From Rhodospirillales bacterium (GTDB lineage Bacteria; Pseudomonadota; Alphaproteobacteria; Rhodospirillales; Casp-alpha2): DNA of 64,000 nucleotides. This document shows, one piece after another, positions 35,622-46,887 of the stretch. The stretch is taken from positions 76,953 to 140,952 of the forward strand of contig JBLXDU010000005.1 of the NCBI GenBank assembly GCA_048263775.1. The letters run 5' to 3'. Below the pieces are notes generated by a model, which saw nothing but the letters and a program-made list of their open reading frames with translations, was not told the origin of the DNA and searched no databases. Made by a program: the position numbers and the translations under genes. The first letter of the stretch is position 1; every line of letters starts with the position of its first letter.

Positions 35622-36632
35622 ATGACCGGTGTCACCTACATCGTGACGGTTTACAACAAGCGGCCATATTTGCCGCACATGCTGGCGTCACTCAAAAATC
35701 AGGCTGGCGACATCCCCTGCCAGTACGTTTTCGTCGATGACGGGTCAACCGACGGCTCCTCGGATTTCATCGAAGAACAGACAGCCGGTTGGGGTGATGT
35801 CCAAATCGTGCGACAGGCGAACCAGGGCCCGGCTATTGCGCTGAACACTGGCATCGACGCGGCCCGGCAACCATACATTCTGCTCGTCGACGGCGATGAT
35901 GTTCTATCGCCACACGCGACCCGCCTTTTGACCGATTGGGCGGACAGGCTCGGGTGCGGCGTCATCCATGGTGACGGCACTTGGTGCGATGATTTCCAGA
36001 GGCTTGAGTTCGGCGCCTACCCGGACGATTCACAAATCAACCCGCGCGTCATCAACCTTCGGCACACCGTGAAATTTTCTCATTGCGGCAGCACCGGCGT
36101 GCTTCTTCGCACGGACGCCGTTCGCCGGGCGGGCGCATGTGATGACCGAGTCTTTATCCAAGAGCATTCCCTCTTTCTGCGCATGGCCAATACCACGCAA
36201 ATCGTGCGCATCAATCCTCTTCTGTCCTTTGCTCCCCGGCATGTCACCGGGCGGATCATGGACAATACCGATGCCGGAAACCCGACTTTGCCGGTCCAGA
36301 CCCTGCACGACCGGATGCTCGCCCTTGCCTTTTTCATCGGTGACAATCCTGGGCTTGCCCCCGTATATCGCAGCATTGCGTTCAAGAATTGCGCGACCGA
36401 TTTCTGGAAGTGGTTGTGCAGATACGATGCCCAGTCGCCTACCCTGGTCCCTTTGGGTATGCTCTGGGCGGCGCGTCTGCGTTACGGTTTGAAGAATTTT
36501 GACATGCCCGGCCTGAATGAATCCGGACTGATCGGAAGGATGGCGGCAACTATGCGGCAGCTGACCCCCATCCGCCTGACCGACAGGGGGCGCGAAATTC
36601 TCTCGGCCCCTGCACTCGGCACCCCGGCCTGA
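35622..36632 (+). CDS. Glycosyltransferase family 2
   Basis: The ATG at 35622 gives MTGVTYIVTVYNKRPYLPHMLASL. FVDDGSTDGS and LVDGDD motifs are present. Confidence 0.85.
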   Translation: MTGVTYIVTVYNKRPYLPHMLASLKNQAGDIPCQYVFVDDGSTDGSSDFIEEQTAGWGDVQIVRQANQGPAIALNTGIDAARQPYILLVDGDDVLSPHATRLLTDWADRLGCGVIHGDGTWCDDFQRLEFGAYPDDSQINPRVINLRHTVKFSHCGSTGVLLRTDAVRRAGACDDRVFIQEHSLFLRMANTTQIVRINPLLSFAPRHVTGRIMDNTDAGNPTLPVQTLHDRMLALAFFIGDNPGLAPVYRSIAFKNCATDFWKWLCRYDAQSPTLVPLGMLWAARLRYGLKNFDMPGLNESGLIGRMAATMRQLTPIRLTDRGREILSAPALGTPA

Positions 36633-36647
36633 CCCCGCCTCCCCGGA

Positions 36648-38126
36648 ATGCTGTTCAACTCCTACACCTTTGTCCTAGCCTTCATGCCGGCCGTCCTGAT
36701 CGGCTTCTACCTCCTGTCCAGGCGGGACAGGCGGCAAGGCATGGTCATTCTGTTGGTCGTGGCGTCTCTGGCCTTCTACGGTTGGTGGACACCTAAGTAC
36801 CTGATCCTGATCACTGCTTCGATCCTTGTGAACTTCACTATCGCCAAAATGATGGCACGCGGCGCGCGTGCCGCATGGATGTGGGCGGGTATCGCCTTCA
36901 ACCTGGGGCTCCTGGGATATTTCAAGTACGCAATATTTTTCACCGGGGCCCTGGCGCAGGCCCTTGATGCGGACTGGCACTTGCCCGCGATCGTCCTGCC
37001 CCTGGCCATTTCTTTCTTCACGTTTCAGCAGATCACCTATCTGGTCGACAGCCGACACAACCGGGTCGAATCACACGGCTTCCTCGAATACTGCCTGTTC
37101 GTGACGTTCTTCCCGCAACTGATCGCCGGCCCGATCGTCCACCACAAGGAAATGATGCCGCAGTTCGCCGACCCCAAGCGGTTCCGTTTCTCCTGGCCGG
37201 ACGTTAGCCTCGGTCTGTCTATCTTCTTCACGGGTCTGTTTAAAAAAGTCGTCATTGCCGACACCATGGCCCGCTATGCGACGCCCGTGTTCCAGGCGGC
37301 CGAGACAGGAACCCCTATTGGCTTGGTCGATGGATGGGGGGGCGCACTCGCCTATACCTTCCAACTCTATTTCGATTTTTCAGGCTACACGGATATGGCC
37401 GTCGGCCTGGCGTTGATGTTCGGCATCCGACTGCCGGTCAACTTTTTCTCACCCTACAAAGCGACCAGCATTATCGATTTCTGGCGGCGCTGGCACATGA
37501 CCCTATCCCGTTTCCTCAAGGATTATCTTTACATCCCGCTTGGCGGCAACCGATGCGGCCCAACGCGCCGCTACGGCAATCTTCTAACCACGATGGTGCT
37601 AGGAGGATTATGGCACGGCGCTGGATGGACCTTCATCGCCTGGGGTGCGCTGCACGGAGTCTATCTGATCATAAACAACCTATGGCGCGCTTGGCGGGGG
37701 CCGTTGGGTCCGGTAGGCGGTCCCTACGCGGCCTGGACGAGCCGCATCCTGACCTTTCTTGCGGTGGTGGCCGCCTGGGTCGTCTTTCGCGCTGACAGCC
37801 TGGGCGGAGCTGTAAATATCCTAAACGGCATGGCCGGATTGCACGGAACCACGATACCGCCGGCCCTTGCGGAAATCAGGTGGCATGAGGCCTATTACTA
37901 CGTCGTCGCATTACTGGCCCTGGTATGGCTGGCTCCCAACACCGTGCAGATATTTCGCACCCTGCCCGAGACGCAGGATGATCGGAACCTCGAGGACCAG
38001 ACCCCCAGTTGGCTTATGGTCAAGTGGCAGGCAAATCGGTGGTGGGCATACTCCCTGGCGTTTCTTGCCGTGGCATCCCTGGCCAACATGACCGAAATCA
38101 GCGAATTCCTCTATTTCCGGTTCTGA
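36648..38126 (+). CDS. MBOAT family O-acyltransferase (AlgI/DltB/PatA-like)
   Basis: 492-aa polytopic ORF. MLFNSYTFVLAFMP N-terminus, FSGYTDMAVGLALMFG, RRWHMTLSRFLKDYLYIPLGGNR, and GGLWHGAGWTFIAWGALHG containing the conserved catalytic His. Confidence 0.9.
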   Translation: MLFNSYTFVLAFMPAVLIGFYLLSRRDRRQGMVILLVVASLAFYGWWTPKYLILITASILVNFTIAKMMARGARAAWMWAGIAFNLGLLGYFKYAIFFTGALAQALDADWHLPAIVLPLAISFFTFQQITYLVDSRHNRVESHGFLEYCLFVTFFPQLIAGPIVHHKEMMPQFADPKRFRFSWPDVSLGLSIFFTGLFKKVVIADTMARYATPVFQAAETGTPIGLVDGWGGALAYTFQLYFDFSGYTDMAVGLALMFGIRLPVNFFSPYKATSIIDFWRRWHMTLSRFLKDYLYIPLGGNRCGPTRRYGNLLTTMVLGGLWHGAGWTFIAWGALHGVYLIINNLWRAWRGPLGPVGGPYAAWTSRILTFLAVVAAWVVFRADSLGGAVNILNGMAGLHGTTIPPALAEIRWHEAYYYVVALLALVWLAPNTVQIFRTLPETQDDRNLEDQTPSWLMVKWQANRWWAYSLAFLAVASLANMTEISEFLYFRF

Positions 38127-38127
38127 C

Positions 38128-39240
38128 ATGACCTACGTTCGACATCTCCTGACCGGTATCGCCCTGCTATCCCTATTTTTGGGTGGCCTGAACCTGTTCA
38201 TTGATCCGTTCGACATCTTTGGCATTCCCCATATCAAGGGCTTTAACACAAACAAATCCATCGGCATCGAACGGCTGTCCAAGCCTTTACAGGCAACGGC
38301 AAGACGCCCGGAAACCATCATTCTGGGTACGTCTCGCTGCATGTCCGGCGTCGACCCCCGCGACATCGATGGTGATCGCGCCTACAACCTGTCGGTAGCA
38401 GGCGCCTTGGCAGGCGAAATGATCATGTTGGCTCGACACGCGGCTGAGACGACACCCATGCGACGATTGATATTGTGTTTCGATTTCGTCGCTTTCAACG
38501 ATACCCGGTCCGTTCGCAACGGTTTTTATTCTGATGTCCTTGGCCGCTATGCATGGATCAAATCCTTGCCGCGCACATTGTTTTCTTATGCGGCGCTAAA
38601 GCGCTCTCGCAATACATTGCGCGACTCCCTTCGGGGCAAACACACGGTGTATCGCTCAGACGGCTTTCGGACGTTTCAAATCAATCCCCGGCAAACGCGT
38701 GAAAGCATCCTCATCGCACCGCTTGACGCATTCCTATCCCCTGGCGGTGCATACAGAGACTATCCTTCGTTCAGAGAGAAACTTGCGGCATTCGGCCCTC
38801 TGATACATGACTTGCGAAGCCAAGGCATTTCGGTCGACATCCTCATTCCGCCTGTTCACGCAACAATGCTTGAAGCCATCGGGCATGCGGGGTTGTGGCA
38901 GATGTTCGAGGATTGGAAGCGCGGAATTGCCGCGCTCTGCGCGGATGCATCACTGAAGTGCTGGGACTTCGCCGACTACAACGAGGTCACGACGACTGCC
39001 CTGAACCAAACGGACGGCATCTATTCGGACGTTAGCCACTTCACACCCGAAATTGGCCGCCGGATGTTGAACAGCATAGCAGGCTTGGATGCCGACCAAG
39101 GGTTCGGCACCCTCTTAACGCCAGAGCGTATTAAGCAGCATCTTGCCGATATTCGTACCGCGCGAAGCGCCTATCTGCGCAATCACGCCGACGACGCGGA
39201 AATCGTCCGCGCCGCGGCGGCGCGATACGGCCTTCGGTAA
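38128..39240 (+). CDS. Membrane-anchored extracytoplasmic protein of unknown family, candidate partner of the MBOAT acyltransferase
   Basis: 370-aa ORF starting 1 nt after the MBOAT stop. It has a single N-terminal TM (HLLTGIALLSLFLGGLNLFI). An early ILGTSRCMSG block is reminiscent of the Ser-containing block I of SGNH/DltD-type proteins. GC is visibly lower than the window average. Confidence 0.65.
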   Translation: MTYVRHLLTGIALLSLFLGGLNLFIDPFDIFGIPHIKGFNTNKSIGIERLSKPLQATARRPETIILGTSRCMSGVDPRDIDGDRAYNLSVAGALAGEMIMLARHAAETTPMRRLILCFDFVAFNDTRSVRNGFYSDVLGRYAWIKSLPRTLFSYAALKRSRNTLRDSLRGKHTVYRSDGFRTFQINPRQTRESILIAPLDAFLSPGGAYRDYPSFREKLAAFGPLIHDLRSQGISVDILIPPVHATMLEAIGHAGLWQMFEDWKRGIAALCADASLKCWDFADYNEVTTTALNQTDGIYSDVSHFTPEIGRRMLNSIAGLDADQGFGTLLTPERIKQHLADIRTARSAYLRNHADDAEIVRAAAARYGLR

Positions 39241-39274
39241 CCGCAAGAGCTAAGACATGGCCGACGCCGCCGAC

Positions 39275-41935
39275 TTACTTATCAGCGAGCGCCGCCTGAG
39301 CGGCGGCAAGGCGCGCGATCGGCACCCGGTAGGGTGAGCATGACACATAGGTCAGCCCGACCCGGTGACAGAAGGCGACGGAGGCCGGATCGCCGCCGTG
39401 CTCGCCACAGATGCCGAGCTTGATGTCCGGGCGGGTCTTGCGCCCACGCTCCACACCGATCTGCACCAGTTCACCCACGCCTTCCTGGTCGATGGACACG
39501 AAGGGGTCCTGTTCCAGCACGCCCTGGCGCTGATAGATGTCGAGGAACGTGCCCGCATCGTCGCGCGAAAAGCCGTAGGCGGTCTGCGTCAGATCGTTGG
39601 TCCCGAAAGAGAAGAATTCCGCCTGTTCGGCGATCTGATCGGCGATCAGGCAGGCGCGTGGCAACTCGATCATGGTGCCGACCATGTAAGGCAATTCGAT
39701 GCCCTGTTCGGCCATGACTTCCTTGGCGATGCGGTCGATGATCGCCTTCTGCATCTCGAACTCCTTCTTGACGGAGACGAGGGGCACCATGACCTCGGGA
39801 TAGGCCTTCTTGCCTTCCTTCATGATCTCGGCCTGGGCCTCGAAGATGGCACGGGCCTGCATTTCACAAATTTCCGGATAGGCGATGGCCAAGCGGCAGC
39901 CGCGATGGCCCAGCATGGGGTTGCTTTCGTCCAGTTCCGCCCGGCGCACGCGCACGTCTTCCGTGGTCACGCCGGCGGCCTTGGCGACCTCGGCCATTTC
40001 CTCATCCGTGTGCGGCAGGAATTCGTTCAAGGGCGGATCCAGCAGGCGGATGGTGATCGGCAGGCCGTCCATGATGTGGAACAGCTCCAGGAAATCCTGA
40101 CGCTGATGCGGCAACAGATTGTCCAGCGCCTTGCGCCGCTCGGCCTCGTCACGGGCCAAAATCATCTGGCGCATGTGAACGATGCGGTGCGGGTCGAAGA
40201 ACATGTGCTCCGTGCGCGACAGGCCGATGCCCTCGGCGCCGAACTTCTTGGCGGTCAGGGCATCCAGCGGCGTTTCCGCGTTGGCGCGCACGCCGATCAC
40301 CTTGATCTCGTCGACCCAGGCCATCAGTTCACCGAAATCGCCGGACACCTCGGGCTGGATCATGGCGACTTCGCCCAGCATGATTTCGCCGGTCGAGCCG
40401 TCCAGGGTGATGATGTCGCCTTCGTTCAGGGTCTGGCCGAGGGCGTGCAGGGTCTTCTTGCTGTAGTCGACGCGCAGTTCACCCGCCCCGGACACGCAGG
40501 GCGTGCCCATGCCGCGGGCGACAACGGCGGCGTGGCTGGTCATGCCGCCCCGGGTCGTCAGGATGCCTTCGGAGACATGCATCCCGGTGATGTCCTCGGG
40601 CGAGGTTTCCGTGCGGCACAGGATGACCTTCTCGCCCTTGTCGACCCAGGCTTCCGCGTCTTCGGCCGAGAACACGATGCGCCCCGTGGCCGCCCCCGGC
40701 GAGGCCGGCAGGCCGCGGCCGATGACGGTCTTTTCCGCCTTGGCGTCCAGGGTCGGGTGGAGAAGCTGATCCAGCTGCGCCGGATCGATGCGCGCGACGG
40801 CCTCATCCTTGGTGATCAGACCTTCGGCCACCATATCGACGGCGATCTTCAGCGCGGCCTTGGCCGTGCGCTTGCCGGAGCGGGTCTGCAGCATCCACAG
40901 CTTGCCCCGCTCGATGGTGAACTCCATGTCCTGCATGTCCTTGTAATGGCGCTCCAGCTTGTCGCGCACGGCGACCAGCTCACCGAACACGGGCGGCATG
41001 GCGGTTTCAAGGGACTGCAGATTGGATTCCTGCTGATCGCGTTCGAACTCGGTCAGCGGCTGCGGCGTACGGATACCGGCAACCACGTCCTCGCCCTGGG
41101 CGTTGATCAGGAATTCACCGTAAAAATGATCGTCACCCGTGGACGGGTTGCGCGTGAAGCACACACCGGTGGCGCAATCGTCGCCCATGTTGCCGAATAC
41201 CATGGCCTGCACGTTGACGGCCGTGCCCCAGGCGGCGGGGATATCGTTAAGGCGCCGGTAGGTGATGGCGCGGGTGTTCATCCAGCTGCCGAACACGGCG
41301 CCGATGGCTCCCCACAGCTGCGCCTGCGGGTCCTGGGGGAAGCCTTCGCCGCGCTCATCCTGCACCAGCTTCTTGAAATCCTTGACCACGGCCTTCCAGT
41401 CGTCGCCGGTCAGCTCGGTGTCCAGGCTCTTGCCCAGGCGGTCCTTGTGCTCTTCCAGGACATCTTCGAAATTGTGGTGTTCAACGCCCAGCACGACGTC
41501 GGAAAACATCTGGATGAAGCGCCGGTAGCTGTCATAGGCGAAGCGTGCGTCGCCGCTTTCCTTGGCCAGGGCCTCGACCGTCTGGTCGTTGAGGCCCAGG
41601 TTCAGAATGGTGTCCATCATCCCCGGCATGGAGGCACGGGCACCGGAGCGGACGGAAACCAGAAGCGGTTTGTCCGTGGAGCCGAAGGTTCGCCCGAGGC
41701 CCTTTTCGACCTTGGCCAGGGCCGCCGCGACGGCATCCTTCAGGTCGCCGGGATAAGTCTTTTCATGATCGTAGTAATAGGTGCAGACCTCGGTCGTGAT
41801 GGTGAACCCGGGAGGTACCGGCAGGCCCAGGCCCGCCATTTCGGCCAGGTTGGCACCCTTGCCGCCCAGAAGTTCCTTCATCCCCGCATCGCCGTCCGCG
41901 GTGCCGTTCCCGAAGTTGTAGACCCATTGTGTCAT
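39275..41935 (-). CDS. ppdK: Pyruvate, phosphate dikinase
   Basis: 886-aa ORF. N-terminus MTQWVYNFGNG ... LLGGKGANLAEM, phospho-His motif TRGGMTSHAAVVARGMG, and C-terminal PEP-utilising TIM-barrel blocks. Confidence 0.95.
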   Translation of the reverse strand: MTQWVYNFGNGTADGDAGMKELLGGKGANLAEMAGLGLPVPPGFTITTEVCTYYYDHEKTYPGDLKDAVAAALAKVEKGLGRTFGSTDKPLLVSVRSGARASMPGMMDTILNLGLNDQTVEALAKESGDARFAYDSYRRFIQMFSDVVLGVEHHNFEDVLEEHKDRLGKSLDTELTGDDWKAVVKDFKKLVQDERGEGFPQDPQAQLWGAIGAVFGSWMNTRAITYRRLNDIPAAWGTAVNVQAMVFGNMGDDCATGVCFTRNPSTGDDHFYGEFLINAQGEDVVAGIRTPQPLTEFERDQQESNLQSLETAMPPVFGELVAVRDKLERHYKDMQDMEFTIERGKLWMLQTRSGKRTAKAALKIAVDMVAEGLITKDEAVARIDPAQLDQLLHPTLDAKAEKTVIGRGLPASPGAATGRIVFSAEDAEAWVDKGEKVILCRTETSPEDITGMHVSEGILTTRGGMTSHAAVVARGMGTPCVSGAGELRVDYSKKTLHALGQTLNEGDIITLDGSTGEIMLGEVAMIQPEVSGDFGELMAWVDEIKVIGVRANAETPLDALTAKKFGAEGIGLSRTEHMFFDPHRIVHMRQMILARDEAERRKALDNLLPHQRQDFLELFHIMDGLPITIRLLDPPLNEFLPHTDEEMAEVAKAAGVTTEDVRVRRAELDESNPMLGHRGCRLAIAYPEICEMQARAIFEAQAEIMKEGKKAYPEVMVPLVSVKKEFEMQKAIIDRIAKEVMAEQGIELPYMVGTMIELPRACLIADQIAEQAEFFSFGTNDLTQTAYGFSRDDAGTFLDIYQRQGVLEQDPFVSIDQEGVGELVQIGVERGRKTRPDIKLGICGEHGGDPASVAFCHRVGLTYVSCSPYRVPIARLAAAQAALADK

Positions 41936-41942
41936 CGAATAC

Positions 41943-44092
41943 CTATCCTTCGATCTTGGAAAAGTCGGCGACGCCTTCCAGCGCCGTCCGGATCATGGAG
42001 AGCAGTTTCAAACGGTTCTCGCGAACCTTGGCGTCGTCCGTATTGACGGTGACCTTGTCGAAGAAGGCGTCGACTGGCACGCGCAGACCGGCCAGCGCCG
42101 CCATGGCGCCGGTGAAGTCTTCGGCCGCGACCTTTTCCGCGATCGCCGGGGCCGCGTCTTCGAGCGCGCTGTAGAGCGCCCGTTCCGCGTCGTCCTTCAA
42201 TAGCGTGTCGTCGGGCTGCGCCGCGTAGGACGTTGCGTCCTTCTTTTCTTCGATCTTCAGGATATTGGCCGCGCGCCGATAGGCGGTCAGCAGGTTGCCG
42301 CCGTCTTCCGTGGCCAGGAAGTCGGACAGCGCCGACACCTTGGCCAGCAGGCGGACCAGGTCGTCCTCGCTGCCGCCGTCCTTGTTCTTGATCGCGAACA
42401 CGGCGTCGATATGGTCGTGCTTCACGCCCTGTTCGCGCAGATGAACCTTCAGGCGATCGGCGAAGAAATCCAGGAGCTCAAATTTCACATAGTCACGAGG
42501 GTTCGCGCTACCGCCGAAATGCTCTAGCTCGTTGATTGCAGCGGCAGCTTTTTCAACAGATTGAGCTGATGGTTGAAGCGCCTTCGGATACAGGTCAACA
42601 CCATCCTGAAACACCCTCTTCAGCGGCAGGCGCAGCTTGTTCTCGAGGATCAGGCGGATCACGCCCAATGCCGCGCGGCGCAGGGCGTAGGGGTCTTTCG
42701 AGCCCGTCGGCTTTTCGTCGATGGTCCAGAACCCGACCAGGCTGTCGATCTTGTCGGCCAGCGCCACGCACACGCTTTCCGGCTTCGACGGACAGGCGTC
42801 GGAGGGCCCAAGCGGCGAATAATGCTCGGCGATGGCGGCGGCCACGGCCTCGCTCTCGCCGTCGTGGCGGGCGTAATAGGCGCCCATGACGCCCTGCAGA
42901 TCCGGGAATTCACCGACCATTCCGGTCGACAAGTCCGCCTTGGCGAGGCGCGCGGCGGAGCGCACCTTGTCGCGGTCCGCCTTGGGCACATAGTCGCAGA
43001 GGGCTGCGGCCAGAGCCTGCATGCGGTCGACCTTTTCGTCGAGCGTGCCCAGCTTGGCGTGGAACACCCGGTCCTTCAGCTGCGGCGCCTTGGACGCCAG
43101 GGTCGTCTTGCGATCCTGGTCCCAGAAGAACTTGGCATCGGCCAGGCGCGCGCGTAGGACGCGTTCGTTCCCGGCGATGACCTGACGGCCGCCGTCGGCG
43201 GTTTCCCGGTTGGCGACGAGCACGAACTTGGCCGCCAGATTGCCCTTGGCGTCTTCGGTCGCGAAATATTTCTGATGCTTGCGCATGGAGGTGATGAGAA
43301 CCTCCGGCGGCACGTCCATGAATTCGGCGTCGATTCCCCCCATCAGCACGACCGGCCATTCGACCAGCCCCGCGACCTCGTCCAACAAAGCCGGGTCGTC
43401 CTTCAGGGTCACGCCGGCGCCCTTGCACATGCGCGCGGCATCGGCGGCGATGGTCTGCTTGCGGGCGTCCGGGTCGATCACGACCTTGGCCGCCTTCATC
43501 GCCTTTTCGTAATCGGCGAAATCGGACACCGAAATACCGGCGGGTGCCATGAAGGCATGTCCCCGGGTGGTGACCCCGGCCTGAATGCCGGCGAATTCCA
43601 ATTCCAGGCCTTCCTGATCGTAAACCGCGAGGATCGAATGCAGCGGCCGCACCCAGCGCGCCTTACCGCGGCCCCAACGCATGGACTTGGGCCAGGGCAG
43701 GGCCTGCAGGGCGGCCTGGATGATGTCCGGCAGGATCAGGCGTGTCTTGCCGCCCGCCTGTTCGACCTGGGCGAACAGAAAGGTGCCCTTTTCCGTTTCC
43801 CGTTCCGTGACCTTGGTGTCCTTGGGCAGGGATTTCATGAAGCCCTGCTTGGCCTGTTCCGGCGCGTCGGCGCGGGGGCCGCGGCGTTCCTCGGAAATGT
43901 CAGCCTGCTTGGCCGGCAGGCCGTGGACGACCAGGGTCAGGCGGCGCGGGGTAACGTAGGTCTGCGCATTGGTGAAGGACAGCCCCGCACCCTTCAGACC
44001 GTCGCCAACCAAGCGTTTCAGGTCATCGGCGGCCCGCGCCTGCATGCGGGCGGGGATTTCCTCGGACAGAAGTTCCAGAAGAAGCTCGGGCA

Positions 44093-44096
<4 letters not shown>
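41943..44096 (-). CDS. glyS: Glycine--tRNA ligase beta subunit
   Basis: 717-aa [21 protein letters not shown] is the typical GlyS N-terminus. It overlaps the glyQ stop by 4 nt. Confidence 0.95.
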
Positions 44097-44995
<899 letters not shown>

Positions 44996-45099
44996 GGCGG
45001 CGGGTTCCAAAGGATTTGCGGTTAAGAAATCGCGTTATGTTGCGGTGCCAGAAAATAGGGGGCGGGGTCCGGACGGTCAAGGAAGGAACCGCACCTTCG

Positions 45100-45363
45100 T
45101 TACTCCGGATAGGGACAGTCGGTTTTACCGCAATGGCGCATGCCCTGAGCGGCGACGAACGCACCACAGGTGGTGCATTCAACCATGTCCTCGACCTCGG
45201 GCATCTTGGCCTTGGCGGGCCCGGATTCCTTCATCCGGCGGGCTTCCTGGCGGTCGAGCGTGCGTTTCTGGGCCTGCATGCGGCCCAGCCACTTGAACGC
45301 GTACCACACGGCGGCGATGGCCAAGCCCGTGAACAACAGTTTTTGGATGGAAAATCCGAACAT
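45100..45363 (-). CDS. Small membrane-anchored protein with C-terminal Cys4 (zinc-ribbon-like) motif
   Basis: 87-aa ORF. N-terminal TM (LLFTGLAIAAVWYAFKWL), a basic linker, then CTTCGAF...HCGKTDCPYPE. Confidence 0.6.
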   Translation of the reverse strand: MFGFSIQKLLFTGLAIAAVWYAFKWLGRMQAQKRTLDRQEARRMKESGPAKAKMPEVEDMVECTTCGAFVAAQGMRHCGKTDCPYPE

Positions 45364-45425
45364 GGGGCCTTTTAGGGGTTGGGCGGCAGAGCGGTCAAGG
45401 AATCCCGTGGCTTCTTATAGCCAGA

Positions 45426-46301
45426 TTATAGCCCGAAACGGTTCCAGATCATCCGTTCCTCGATGGCCGCCACGGCTTGACCCGCCCAATCGGGGCCAGC
45501 GGGGGCATCGGACAGAGCGCCGAACCGCAGGCGGCCGAAAAGTCCCCGCCGCTCACCGACCAGCCGCAGCTTCACCTTGTCGCCGTAGCGCGCGCGCATG
45601 ACCGCCCGCAGATCACCAAGGCCGTCGATCAGGCCCAGGTCCAATGCCCGGGTCCCGGTCCAGAAGGCGCCGGAGAACAGATCCTTTTCCGCACCCTTGA
45701 GGCGATCGCCCCGGCGGGCACGCACCATGTCCTTGAAGGCTTCGTGAATGTCACCCTGGATGTCCTTCAGGTGTTTCACCTCGGCCGGTTTTTCCGGCTG
45801 GAACGGGTCGAGCATGGCTTTCTTGTCGCCGGACGTGTGCAAGCGGCGTTCCACCCCCAGCTTTTCGATCAGGCCCTGCAGGCCGAATCCGCCCGACACC
45901 ACACCGATGGAGCCGATGATGGAGGACGCATCCGCATAGATTTCATCAGCGGCGCAGGCCAGCCAGTAGCCGCCAGACGCAGCGACATCTTCGGCAAAGG
46001 CGATGACGGGGATCTGCTTTTCATCAGCCAATTGCCGGATGCGGCCGGCGATCAGGGCCGATTGCACGGGTGAGCCGCCCGGCGAATTGACGGCCAGCGC
46101 CACGGCCTTGAGATTACGCAGCTTGAACGCGCGCTGAAGAACGCCCGCCTGGCTGCCCAGGCTGAGCCCCCGGCGAAATCCGCCCATGGCCCCGATGACG
46201 CCGGACAGCCGAACCACGGCCACCGTGGGCGGCGGATCAAGCAAGGCGCCGATGACGGGAAGTGCGCCGAGACCGCGGGATTCCGGCTGGGTGTCTGACA
46301 T
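45426..46301 (-). CDS. S49 family peptidase (SppA/SohB-like signal peptide peptidase)
   Basis: 291-aa ORF. VNSPGGSPVQS and AASGGYWLACAADEIYA blocks are typical of ClpP/crotonase-fold S49 peptidases. Confidence 0.85.
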   Translation of the reverse strand: MSDTQPESRGLGALPVIGALLDPPPTVAVVRLSGVIGAMGGFRRGLSLGSQAGVLQRAFKLRNLKAVALAVNSPGGSPVQSALIAGRIRQLADEKQIPVIAFAEDVAASGGYWLACAADEIYADASSIIGSIGVVSGGFGLQGLIEKLGVERRLHTSGDKKAMLDPFQPEKPAEVKHLKDIQGDIHEAFKDMVRARRGDRLKGAEKDLFSGAFWTGTRALDLGLIDGLGDLRAVMRARYGDKVKLRLVGERRGLFGRLRFGALSDAPAGPDWAGQAVAAIEERMIWNRFGL

Positions 46302-46304
46302 GCC

Positions 46305-46736
46305 TTATTGTGCGGCCTTGCGCCCCACGCTGTCCACCGCGAAGGCGGAGGCCAGATCCGGTTCGTCGAAATCGGCCCCCTGCCGGTTCGGCTTCGCCGC
46401 CATGGCCTGTTGCAGGGCCGACAGTTTGCGAAGCTTTTCATCAAGGATGTTGAGATCCGCGCGGACCTGCGACTTGAGCGCCGCCATTTCACCATCGACA
46501 AGGTCGAACTTGGCATCTGACACACTGGCAACGTCGCGGGTGATCCACTTCTGGCGCTGGACCATTTCCTTTTCGACGTGATCCTTCAGACGATCCAGCT
46601 CGTAGGCCAAATCGTCCTTCATCTGAATTTTGATCTGATAGACGTTCTTGGCCAGGGTGCTGACGTAGAACAACACACCCAGAACGCCCAATGCGATGAA
46701 TGCGCCAATAACGGCGATAACCGCTGCGTTACCCAC
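46305..46736 (-). CDS. Membrane-anchored coiled-coil hypothetical protein (start uncertain)
   Basis: One TM (VGNAAVIAVIGAFIALGVLGVLFYV) followed by a heptad-like charged region. The track ORF reaches 46877 through an AT-rich, non-coding-looking stretch. The GTG at 46736 has GGTGA just upstream. Confidence 0.5.
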   Translation of the reverse strand: MGNAAVIAVIGAFIALGVLGVLFYVSTLAKNVYQIKIQMKDDLAYELDRLKDHVEKEMVQRQKWITRDVASVSDAKFDLVDGEMAALKSQVRADLNILDEKLRKLSALQQAMAAKPNRQGADFDEPDLASAFAVDSVGRKAAQ

Positions 46737-46887
46737 TATTTCACCGGCCCCCGAAGACCGTCCCTGAATTTTTGATATTTGGCGTCGTTTCGCGCCGTAT
46801 ATTATGTAAGCATTCTGTAAGGAATATCCCAGGTAGAGACCGGCCTGACAAGTGACGAGACGCACAGATTTGGCCACTTTCTCGACC

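Noticed and set aside
39365-42046. An 893-aa plus-strand ORF.
   Set aside because: It is antisense to ppdK, whose product is unmistakable from the GGMTSHAAVVARG motif. The composition is low-complexity Gly/Arg/Ala/His/Asp.
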